Assembly: GCA_035221665.1 (NCBI GenBank)
Contig: CM069155.1
Coordinates: 30,380,001-30,444,000 of the forward strand
From: Okamejei kenojei
Taxonomy: Eukaryota
Reading direction: 5' to 3'
Length of the DNA stretch: 64,000 nt
This document shows, piece after piece, positions 26,396 to 36,894 of the stretch (the first letter of the stretch is position 1; the number at the start of each line of letters is the position of its first letter). The notes below the pieces were generated by a model that made no database searches, was not told the origin of the DNA, and saw nothing but the letters and a program-made list of their open reading frames with translations. Made by a program: the position numbers and the translations under genes.

Positions 26396-26730
26396 AGTTT
26401 AGTTTAGTTCAATTTAGTTTAATTTACAGATGCAGCGTGGAATCGGGCCCTTCAGCCCACCGTTTGCATGGCGGCCATCGATCACCCGTTCACACCAGTT
26501 CTATGTTCTCCCAGTTTCTCTTCAACATTCTACACAATGGGGACAAATGAGATCAAACCCGTTAACTTGCAAACCTGCACGTCTTTGGAACGTGTGGGGA
26601 CACCGAGCACCCGGGGAAACCGCTGCGAGGTCGCAGGGAGAGTTGACGAACTCTGTAGAGGCAGCGCCCGTAGATAAGACCGGGTCTCTGTCTCTGTCTC
26701 TGTAAAGCAGCAACTCTAACACTGCGCCTC
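26396..26730 (-). mobile_element. HE1-like SINE in the J-C intron of cluster 1
   Basis: Family core and (ctaaa)n tail. Confidence 0.75.
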
Positions 26731-26967
26731 TCAGTCCCCTGTTTTGTCTGAATTTGTTTTTTCACTTGAACTAAATATTTGACCAAGTTCGGAGATATTT
26801 GCCTTTCCTTCCTGAAAAGTGAAAAGATTGAGCGATAAATTGACGAGCGCTTTGTAAACTGGATGAATCAAAAAGATGTGCGTGGATGCAAGGGAGATGG
26901 AAAGATAAAAAGAAGAAGTAAAAGCTGGTAATTGACATAGGACTGGTTGCATATTGTTAATACTTAC

Positions 26968-27294
26968 TGCCCAGATTTAGTTTGGTTCCCGTCCCGAAGA
27001 TATATCTACTATCGGTCCACATATAGCAGTAATAATCAGCGGCGTCTGTCGATTGAACGTTGGTGATGGTTAAATGCATTCTTGTCGATTCAACGGCACT
27101 GGTAAATCGATCAGGTATTCCGGTAGCTCTGGTCGTTCCATACCACACCAAGACTGGAGCGCTGTCGGGTTTCTGCCAGTACCAGCTCGGATAGGAAAAA
27201 GTCCCTTCTGATAGGGTGCAGGTGATCTTGACGGTTTGCCCCGGAAATGTGGAGATAGACGCGTCCTGAGTAACTGTCACCACCGCGCTTGTGG
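26968..27294 (-). CDS. IGLV: Germline-joined V-J exon, Ig light chain type II (lambda), cluster 1
   Basis: VTQDASISTFPGQTVKITC..SWYWQKPDSAPVLVWY..GIPDRF..DAADYYC-YMWTDSRYI-FGTGTKLNLG in one open frame; acceptor ttcctacag and donor gtaagt; no RSS between V and J. Confidence 0.95.
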
Positions 27295-27389
27295 CTGTAG
27301 GAAATACCAAATGAATGCTCAGAGCTCTTCGAAATATTTATGCAATGTAAGAATATACAACAGAATTAAGAATTGCGTGTTTTACTCAC

Positions 27390-27438
27390 TGCGAAGAAAT
27401 AACACCAGTACGGTCAGTCCTCGAACCCATTCAGCCAT
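27390..27438 (-). CDS. IGLV: Leader exon, IgL cluster 1 (MAEWVRGLTVLVLFLR)
   Basis: 49-nt exon, Kozak context gccATGG, phase-1 donor gtgagt; same length as the cluster 2 leader. Confidence 0.9.
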
Positions 27439-27513
27439 GGCGTAGGACAGTGCGGGGTCCCAAGCGAAAGGTTTCTGACAGAAATGTGATTCTCGGCTCT
27501 TTGGAGTCCGCAC

Positions 27514-27582
27514 CTTATGAACTCAAAAACATCGCAACGTCACTGTGCTTTAATTATTCATGCAAATTGCTGATCACGTGAC
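27514..27582 (-). promoter_or_regulatory. IgL V promoter, cluster 1 (E-box, octamer ATTTGCAT, CRE half-site, TATA-like)
   Basis: ATGCAAAT at 27560-27567 (+), CACGTGAC from 27575, ACGTCA at 27537-27542, cttatga at 27514. Confidence 0.85.
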
Positions 27583-27739
27583 GTAGAAATTACGGAATTA
27601 GAGGTTCATGGTAGACTGATGTTTGCCGAGCTCGCTCACTGCAAAGGGCTGAGAGAAACAAACGTATAGGGGAAGGTAGACACAAAATGCCGGAGTAACT
27701 GAGCGGGACAGGCAGCATGCCAGGATGGAAGTAATGGGT

Positions 27740-27767
27740 GACGTTTCGGGTCGAGACCCTTCTTCAG
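27740..27767 (-). ncRNA. Minimal hammerhead-ribozyme-like core in a Penelope-like repeat
   Basis: Minus strand reads CUGAAGA-A-GGGUC-UC-GACCC-GAAA-CG-UC: both core boxes, a 5-bp stem II and a palindromic ACGU helix III. Helix I is weak. Confidence 0.5.
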
Positions 27768-28540
27768 AGGAAGGCAGAGGAATAGAGATACAGCAGAGAT
27801 GCACAAGGCCGGGGTTGTCGTAGACTGCAACAGTTGAGGAATAGAAGGGCTTCAGTAGCCCAAATACAGGGGAACAATAAACAGACAATAGACAGGCAGA
27901 TAAGTGCGTGGATAATTGTATGGAAAATTCACAATTTAAAATGAGTTTTTCAAAACAAACACATGGCTCTGAGCCATATTCACTGTCTTATTACTTTTTA
28001 CCAAATATTTTAGGTTCTACTTGAATGATAGTTAAGTATTTTAATAGTAAACCAACCCGTGTATTTATAAACAAGCATTAAAGGATGGCCTAACATTCCA
28101 TAGCACGATTTCATCAACAGCGTGTTGCTTAAACAATATGTATTTTGCCGAATTAAAAGGCACAGTCGCTAACCATTCAACCATGACAGTGGAGGAGAAT
28201 GAGTCGCCGTGCTGAAGGACAACAACACGTTTTGTAATATCAATGTAATGGGGGGAGACTGATAATTGAATAACCACATGTTCGTTTTCTACCAATACAT
28301 ATGGCAAAATCGCTCGTTATTCCAGTTATTCTTTGTGGTCTAATCACTGAATCGGAAAGTCTAATCAAAATACCGAGATAAAATATTATGCAAAAGTGTT
28401 CCTGCAAACGGTTTGGCATATTTTCCATTCGCAGTTACCAAATAAAATCTCACAAATGTCGCTGCAAAGTATTTGAAGCGTTTTGGGTCACCAGTAGTCT
28501 GAAGAGTGCGTGATGGTGGATAATATAGTCATAGCGCTTC

Positions 28541-28930
28541 AGGTCAGGTCGGGGGGAGGGGTTCCCCCTCGCCACAGGTACCATGTAATCCCGTGCTACC
28601 TGCTCCATGGCCGGATTGTAGGCGACTAAACCGGTCCCCACTTGGTTTTCTAGGTGAGGAGAGGGCTGTGGACCCCCAGTTGGATGAAAAAACAAGACCT
28701 GTCAAGGGGTGGGTGAGTTTCTAACGAGCCATCCACACTTCAGTAGGTTACGATCACTGTCGCACATAACATTGTATGGAATGATGATAAAGCACACACT
28801 AATCCCATACTTTGAGCGGCGGAGGTCGGCAGCAACTGGAGACAGAGATGTGTGGTGCGTCCGTCATCGTTCCGGTTGAAAACCAGCACCACTGCTTCGC
28901 TAATATTTTAAACGATGATGAATGAATGAA
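28541..28930 (+). repeat. ~390-bp dispersed repeat, copy A (possibly an RTE-derived non-autonomous element)
   Basis: Homologous to 20855-21244; GGCGACTAA near the 5' end and a gatgatgaatgaatgaa tail. Confidence 0.7.
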
Positions 28931-29449
28931 GTTAATATGGGACAATCATAATCATAGGATAATATTATCATAATCATACGTTGCGAATTTCAAAGTCTGT
29001 GTAAAGGCCCCTTTAAGTAATTAGATCCGACTTTACCATCTCCTCTGGCAGCCTGTTTTAGTCATCAATCAATCTGTGATGTAAAACTTGCCCATCAGAT
29101 CAACTTCGACTAAATTTAAACTGTGCCTTTATTTTGATACTTCCAGCAGGAAAATAAGTTTTTGACACTTTATTCTAATATGTCTCTAAATATTCTAAAA
29201 GGCGACCACTCAGCCTTCGTCCAGCCTGTCCAATTTCACCACATATCGAATGTCCGCCAATCCAGACAACGTCCTGGAGAATGGTTCTCCTTCTCTCCAA
29301 TACTATCACATCCTTCATATCGTCTGGTAGTCTGACGAACGCACAATACTCCAAGTGAGACTGAAGCAGTGTTTGTTAAAATTGCAACATAACATCTCAG
29401 TTCATATATCATATTCATTATCAGGAGATACATGAGCATGTAAACTAGT

Positions 29450-30985
29450 AAATGCACGGTGGTCATGGTAGACTTCAATATGCAGGTAGACTGGGTCAAT
29501 CAGGTTGGTACTGGACCCTAAGAAATGAAATTTGTAGCGTGCCTTCGAGATGATTTCTTAGAGCAGCTTGTAGTGGAGCCTACCAGGCAAGAAGGCAATT
29601 TTGCGTTTAGTGTTATGTAATGGACCAGATTTGATTAGGGAACTCAAAGTAAAGGAACCATGAGGAGGTAGCGACCACAATATGATATATTTCAATCTGT
29701 AATTTGAGAGGGAGAAGGTGATTTCAGATGTGTTGGTATTGTAGCTGGGCAAAGGAGACTACAGGGGCATGAGGGAGGAGCTGGCTAAAGTTGACTAGAA
29801 AGGGACCATAGCAGGGATGACGGTGGAACAGCAATGGCGGGAATTTCAGGAAATATTCCAGAAGATGCAGGATCTTTTCATTCCAAAGAGGAAGAAATAT
29901 ACTAGGGAGAGCAAGAGACAACCGTGGCTGAAAAGGAAAGTCAAGGACAGTATAAAACAAAAAAAAAAGGTGTATAACATAGCAAAGATTAGTGGGAAGC
30001 GAAATGATTGGGAAGCCTTTAAGAACAACGGAGGGTAACTAAAAAGACAAGAAGGGGAGAACAAATGAAATACGAAAGTAAGCTAGCCAATAATATAAAA
30101 GAGGACAGCAAGAGTTTCTTCAGTTATATAAAAGGCAAGAAAGCAGCAAGAGCAGACGTTGGACCGCTGAAGAATGATGCAGGAGAAGTGATAATGGGAA
30201 ATAAATACATGATATTTAGAAGTTCACGATAAAATAGGCTAAAGTCAGCATGTCTTTGCGAAGGGGAGATCTTGCTTGACAAATTTGCTGGAATTATTTG
30301 AAGAAGTAAATAACAGGACAGTCAAATGAGATCTTGCTTATTTAGATTTTCAGAAAGCCTTTGATAAGGTGCCACGTGTTAGGCTGCTTAGGAAGATGAG
30401 AGCCCAAGGTATCAATAGGGACATACTAGTATGGATAGCAGGTTGCCTGGATGGCTGAAGACAAAGAGTGGGAATAAATGCGGCTTTTTCTGGTTGGCTG
30501 CCAGTGACTTATGGAGTTCCGCAAGGGTTGGTGCTGGAGCTGCTACTCTTCATGTTGTATATTAATGATTTGGACATGGGGATTGAAGGCTTTGTGGGAG
30601 AATATGCAGATGATGGAAAATAGGTGGAGGGGTAGATAGTGTAGAGAAAGCAGTGACTCTGCAAAAGGACTTCGACAGGTTGGGAGAGTGGGCAGAGAAG
30701 TGGCAGATGGGATATAGTGTAGCAAAATGGGGAGTCGTGCATTTTGGTAATAGGAATAAAGTCTTAGACTATTTTATAAATGGGATGAGAATCCAGAAAT
30801 CAGAGGTGCACAGGGACGGGAGTGCTGATTCAGGAAATGAAACTGCAAGTCGAATCGGTAGCATAGGAAACAAACTCATTGTTAGCATTTATTTCAAGAG
30901 GGCTTGTATACAAAAATAGGAATGTAACGTTGAGGCTCTATAAGGCACTGGTAAGGCCCCATTGGAATATTTTGAGTAATTATGG
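29450..30985 (+). mobile_element. Degenerate CR1 LINE with internal deletions (endonuclease to RT)
   Basis: Remnants DFNMQVDW, SDHNMI, QPWL, SQH.FAKGRSCLTNLLE and YLDFQKAFDKVP, with stops. Confidence 0.85.
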
Positions 30986-31659
30986 GTAAGTGTAAAGTGA
31001 GGCGACATAATTATTGTGTATTAATGTCTAGGGGACGGGAGGGGGGGGGGGGGGGGGGGGGGTCGTTATGACATCAACCCTCGGTACCCATTGGAAATTA
31101 TGCTGTGATAGGTAAATCGATCGTTGGTGTGGACTCGATGGGGTTAAGGGCCTGTTTCCATGCTGTATCTGCACTAAACTAAACTAATCTTTGACAAGCA
31201 TTGATCCCATGACTTCTCTGGCTTTAAGGTAAAGGACTTTTTGAAGAACTTTAGTGAAAATCCAACCATTAAAAATGTTTGATACCTCCAACAGCCAATT
31301 TGTCCGTGGCCTCGTCCACTATTGATCTCGAGATTCCACAGCATTTACACACACGCTGAAATCTTGTCGGCGATCAGGCGGTTTAGGATTAGCCAGCTCA
31401 TTCACTTGCGTCTAAAGCGAGCGGAAGTTAGGTTAAAATATGGTAGATTGTTTTATTTGATGCTGCCAAACCTACTGAGATCCTCCACCAATTCGTTTTT
31501 GTCCCGCTTTACAAATCTGAAATTGCTTTTATTATGTTTTTAATGTTTAAATAATTACCATTGTTTTTACGTCGGTATTAGGCTTGAGGTTTCTTGCCTT
31601 TCACATTTTTTTCTTATTTAACTGGTCCTGATTAACTGAATGGCCCTGAGTTGATAAAT

Positions 31660-33440
31660 ATATATTTTTTGTTTAATATTTTTATTAGAAGCATTCCATA
31701 TTATCTAAGGTACAACAGCACTTCAAATACAAATCAGACTTATCACAAACGTTGTACAGATATTACGGGATAATTTATATATGCTACTGTTTTTGATTTT
31801 TTTGGGAAGGTAAGGAAGTGAAAAAAAAGTAAAGGTATAAATCAATAATCAAGACGTTGTGATTAAATAATAATGATTATATAATAAAAAAATAAAAAAG
31901 AAAAAAGAATAAAGATAAACAAGAAAAATTAAAACAAATAAAAACAATTATAATATAATAAAAAATTTAAAAAAGGAATCTTAACATTGAATGGAACAGT
32001 TTCATCTAACAATATCTATTGAGAAGTGTATACATATCCCAATACTTTTTTCATCTAATCCTACACCAGGGTACTTATTGAGTTGCGGTGCTGAGCTCAG
32101 CTACCCCTTTAAGTAATCAATAAATGGAGACCATATTTGTTCAAAAAGTTCATATTTGTCCATTAGGCCAAACCTAATTCTTTCCAAATGCAACGTCTCC
32201 GACATTTTCACAGTCCACATTTTGATTGTGGGAGATAATGTTCCCTTCCAGAATTTTAATATTAATGTTTTTCCAATTATCAAACAGTAATCAAGAAAAT
32301 GTATTTGACTTACTGTTAATATTAAGCTTGAGTCAGGGACTCCTAATATTATTAACTTCAGATCAGGGTCCAATTTAGTTTTAAGAACCTCAGAGCTGAT
32401 TCCAAAAATATCAGCCCAATAACTATTAAGTTTTATGCATATTACAAAACTATGCATTAAGTTAGCTTCTAAATTCTGACATTTATCGCAAATAGAAGAA
32501 ATGTTAGGAAAAAATCTATTTAATTTCGTTTTTGAGTAGTGTAATCTATGTATTACTTTAAATTGTACCAAATTATGTCTGGCATTCAATGAGCATCGGT
32601 GAATACGTTGTAAACTTTCTCCCAAGTGTCTTTCATTATAGATAGACCTATTTCATTTTCCCATATCTGTCGGTATGATTTTGTTGTTGGGACATCCCTA
32701 TCCATAAGAGTATTATATATGCACGCTATTCATTTTTTTCTGTATTTGGGTGCTTGTTAAGCCACTCGTCCAATAATCCTGGCTCTCTATTCTTACAGTC
32801 TTGCATGTTTGACTTGATATAGTCTCTAATTTGTAAATACCTAAACAAGTTATTTGGGTGTAATCCATAGCTATCTTGTAATTCTTGAAATGATAGAAAT
32901 TTCCCTTTCCTGTAAAGGTGTTCTATCCTTATAATTCCTAAATTTTTCCAGTGTCTAAACCCCTTATCCAATATAGAAGGTTTAAATAATGGATTATTCA
33001 TAATTGGTAAACAGAGTGACATATTATCCAGATGTAAAGTATTAACTATTTGTTTCCAAATACGTATATTGCTATAAATTATAGGGTCATCCCATAAGTT
33101 TTTTTTTTGTACTTCACTTGGAGCAAGAAGAATCGAACTTATATCAAATGGTAAACAGTCTTCCATTTCCATCTTTAGCCAAGCTGGTTCCTGGTCCATT
33201 TTTACCAGCCAAAAATTCATATTCTTAATCTGAACCGCCCAAAAATAATATAGAAAAATTAGGTAACGCTAATCCTCCATTTATCTTGGATTTACATAAA
33301 TGTTTTTTACTTATTCTGTGATTTTTATAATCCCAAATAAGGCTGTTAATAATAGAATCGATTTTTTTGAAAAAAAAATTTGGGAGATATAATGGGATAG
33401 CTTGAAATAAATATAATAATTGTTGATAAACATTTTTGAT
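31660..33440 (-). mobile_element. L1/Tx1-clade LINE, 3' fragment
   Basis: LYLFQAIP..GGLALPNF; FRYLQIR; zinc-knuckle region QFKVIHRLHYS..CDKC....NLMHSFVIC..WSPFIDYL; A-rich 3' UTR. Confidence 0.85.
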
Positions 33441-34498
33441 AGTCAAAGGCCTTCAGAAATATTGACAATCTCTCGCGAGTTCAGACAGAGGGCGAAGCTG
33501 GAGATGGCGTTAACGATCCGTAACAGGTTTCCAGAAGAGATTTTAACATGATGCTCTCCTTGACTCATGCACGACACGTGTTGTTGGCGCTCCTGATTCC
33601 GATGAGGGCCTTGCTGTTCCAATCTAAGCCAGTCAGATCTGGGAAAGCGAACTTCAGTGGACTGGAAAACACATGTGCCGAGTACAGAGTCGTGGAAAGA
33701 TTCTGAAAAATCGAAGCGCATGAATTCGACAGAGCCTATAGTAGATTGCAGTGCGCAGACTATTCGACCTTATGTATTCAGGTAAGATAGGCATAAAAAC
33801 CTGGAGTAACTCGGCTGGTTTGGCAGCATGTCTGTGGAAAGGTAATATGTGATGTTTTGAGTCCAGATCTTTCCTTGGACTTATTCCGGGTGCGGCTTCC
33901 GAAGACAAATTGATCTTTCTATCGATAATCTTCTAGATGGAGGTTTAAGTGATACAACATCACCACCTACCGGTGTGAGCACATCTGCAGCGCTGCCAAC
34001 ACTGGGTGAGAGCTGGGAGTGAGAAATTGCGAGAGACCATACCCTAGGGCGCGCAGCGTCCGAGGTAGGGGGAGGGGGGAGTGGGTGTGGAAGGGGGAAG
34101 AGGGATGTCCCCCCTTCCCATGGTAGAGACTTTTTGAAAATTGATGTATTAAAATCATGTTTTTTAGCGCATTGTAGAAGTATGATTTAAATGTATTTTG
34201 TTTGAAAGTCTTTTGAAGAGGTAACTTTTTAACGGTGGGTGTATGGAACAAGCTGCCGTAGGAGGTAGTTGAGACCGGGACTATCCTAACATTTAAGAAC
34301 CAGTTAGATTGATACATGGATAGGATAGGTTTGGAGAGATATGGACCAAAAGCAGGTAGTGTAGCTGGGACATGTTGGCGGGTGTAGGCAAGTTGCGCCG
34401 AAGGGCCTGTTTTCATACTGTATCACTCCATGACTACATTATACCTCCACCATGCATGAATGCTTCAAAATCAAGTGGTCGAGTTTTATTGCTATATA

Positions 34499-35485
34499 TA
34501 GCAATGTTACAAAATTTTGAGATTTTAAAAATCAAGTCTGCAATTTATCCCATCAAAGCATAAAAAGAAGTTTAATTTGACACCTAATTCACTTTCATAT
34601 CTTCAGTATTAAAAAAGTTATGGCCCTTTTCATACTCGGGAAATTAGCATCATGTTCCCCATTGCCTTTCCATTGACTTAACTCAAAAGCTGTGATCTAG
34701 AACAGTCAAAAGCCCATAACTTTCTTAAAAATTAAGAGAACTCAATGAAATTTTCAGTTTTTATAGATTGAAGCATTCTGAAACAAATATGAAACAATCT
34801 TACTTGGATGACCTGAAATTATAGCATATAATTAGTTAGTTATCTAATTGTAGCTAATTACGAAATTCAATTACTAGATCTAAACATCTATCCATTTCTT
34901 AAGAAAAGAAAAATGATTTTAAATCTCATTTTCATGAATTTATAGGCCAAATGGAAGGAATTTAGTGTTTAATGCCTGTAAATTAATGGCCATTTAAATC
35001 AACTAGCGAGTGTGTTTTAGTGGAACGCGGTGGATTGGAACATTGCGGTTTGCGGTGAATTTAACCCACAGTCGGTATGAAAAATACAGCCGGTTCATAC
35101 ATTTTTTTTGTCCCCTTTTCGCAACATGAAAATTTGATTCAATGCGTCCTAAGAACCACGTTTTTATGTAAAAATAAACTGTGCACCTTATTTTATCGCC
35201 TACGTTAGGTCCGTTCTGCTGTCGGCGTTCAGAGCTTTAGAAAATGATTTTTAAACTACTCTAGTTAATAAATAATCTAGCGTAGTTTAAAAATAGCTTC
35301 ACGAATGAAATGTCGGTGCGATTTCTCTTTAGCGACGAAATCGCCCGACATGGATCGATTTGGACTGTCTAGGGAAAAACGGTATTTTAAACCCGTCCCC
35401 CTCTGAAAGGCGCCAAAGTCACGCACACGGGGAGCGGCAGAACTGCAGCGCCGCTAAAGGTAGGTATTGTAACATACCTACTATA
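34499..35485. mobile_element. Non-autonomous DNA-transposon-like element with imperfect TIRs
   Basis: Starts tagcaatgttacaa and ends ttgtaacatacctactata; second copy at 52542-53820. Superfamily not determined. Confidence 0.6.
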
Positions 35486-35969
35486 TACTCAAGCGTAGAA
35501 ACATGGAAAATAGGTGCAGGAATAGGCCATTTGGCCCTTCGAGCCAGCACTGCCATTCAATATGATCATGGCTGTTCATCTAAAATCAGTACCCCTTTCA
35601 TGTTTTTTCCCCCATATCCCTTGATTTCGCGAGCCTCAAGAGCTAAATGTAACTCTATTGAAAAAAACCCGTGAATTGGCTTCCACTGTGGCTGTGGCTC
35701 AGAATTCCACAGATTTGCAACTCTCTGGGTGACGAAAGTTTGTCCTCATCTCATTCCCAACCTTTCTTACCATTTATTCTTGAACTGTGACACCTGGTTC
35801 TGAACTCCCCCCAACATCGGGAACATTTTTCCTGCAGTTACAGTAAATACAAATCTAGCAGGCAAGCAGGATGCTTTCTCCAACCACCCCGGCGTTTCTA
35901 CCCAGTGCTTGGTACCTACCTCCAGCAGCCAATGGTTGCCCTCCAGGATACACTGAGCCGCAGCCTGAA

Positions 35970-36123
35970 GGGCCTGTCCCACTTAGGGGATCTTTTGGGC
36001 GACTACAAGCGACCGTGGTAACATATTTTGCTGCCGGAGGTTGTCGCGAGTTGTCGTAGGTGAATGCTAGTAAAACTAGTGTCTGACAGTCGCCTATAGA
36101 GTCGCCTCAGTGGGGACAGCCCC
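35970..36123. mobile_element. Harbinger-like MITE
   Basis: Imperfect TIRs gggcctgtcccact / agtggggacagcccc, with internal cgac/gtcg repeats. Confidence 0.55.
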
Positions 36124-36279
36124 ATAAAATATGTGCGTGGGAAAAGCGTAGATCAGGGGAGCCGCAACCAACTGCGTCACACGTTGTCCAGCCCACTCTC
36201 CAAGTCGCCGAGAGACAGAAAAAACCGTAGTAACATCCAATTTCCTCTCCGTGTCTGTGGACCGACTCCAAGCACCCAT

Positions 36280-36440
36280 TGATGGGTTTGTAGGTTAATT
36301 GGCCCTGTGTAAACTGCCCCCTAGTGTGCAGGGAGTGGATGAGAAAGTGGGATAACATAGAACCAGTGTTATCGGGTGATTGATGGCCGGCACGGACTCG
36401 AGGTGCCGAAGGGTCTGTTTCCACGCTGTGTCTTTGAACT
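36280..36440 (+). mobile_element. HE1-like SINE, 3' half
   Basis: ggtttgtaggttaattggc...gaagggtctgtttccacgctg. Confidence 0.65.
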
Positions 36441-36894
36441 AATAATATTGAAAATGTCAAGACTTTTACCTATCGGATTTGAACAAGGGGAATATTATAC
36501 CAAGGTTGCAGAGTATTTGAATGGCATTTACTGCATAATCCCTGAGGTTATTCTTTGTAAAGTGAAGGACAGAGTTCATCTCTACAAGTTTCATTTTTCG
36601 AAGTTAATTTGTGGTTTATATTTACCATCTTGCCTTTGCTTATTTGTTCCCGCGATACATGAATCCAAGACTTACATTTAATGATACACAAAATATCAAT
36701 TTAAAGAAAGATATCAACTAATTTCCGCAATTGAGTATGAATATCGATTTTGACAAATTGGGAGTATACAGATAGAATTAAAGCGGAAGTGAGTACAGGA
36801 AAAGTTCAAAAAGACTCTCGAATTAATGGGAAGGAATGTTTGAGAAGGGTAAGAGAGTAAGGTCAGGGCCAATAGTGACCGCAGTGAGAAGGGA

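Noticed and set aside
27541-27547. CACTGTG, an RSS heptamer, near V of cluster 1
   Set aside because: It lies in the promoter rather than flanking V or J, has no convincing nonamer at 12/23 spacing, and the cluster 2 equivalent is CACCGAG.
33443-33721. 92-aa minus-strand ORF with an acceptor-like site
   Set aside because: No recognisable domain or partner exons.
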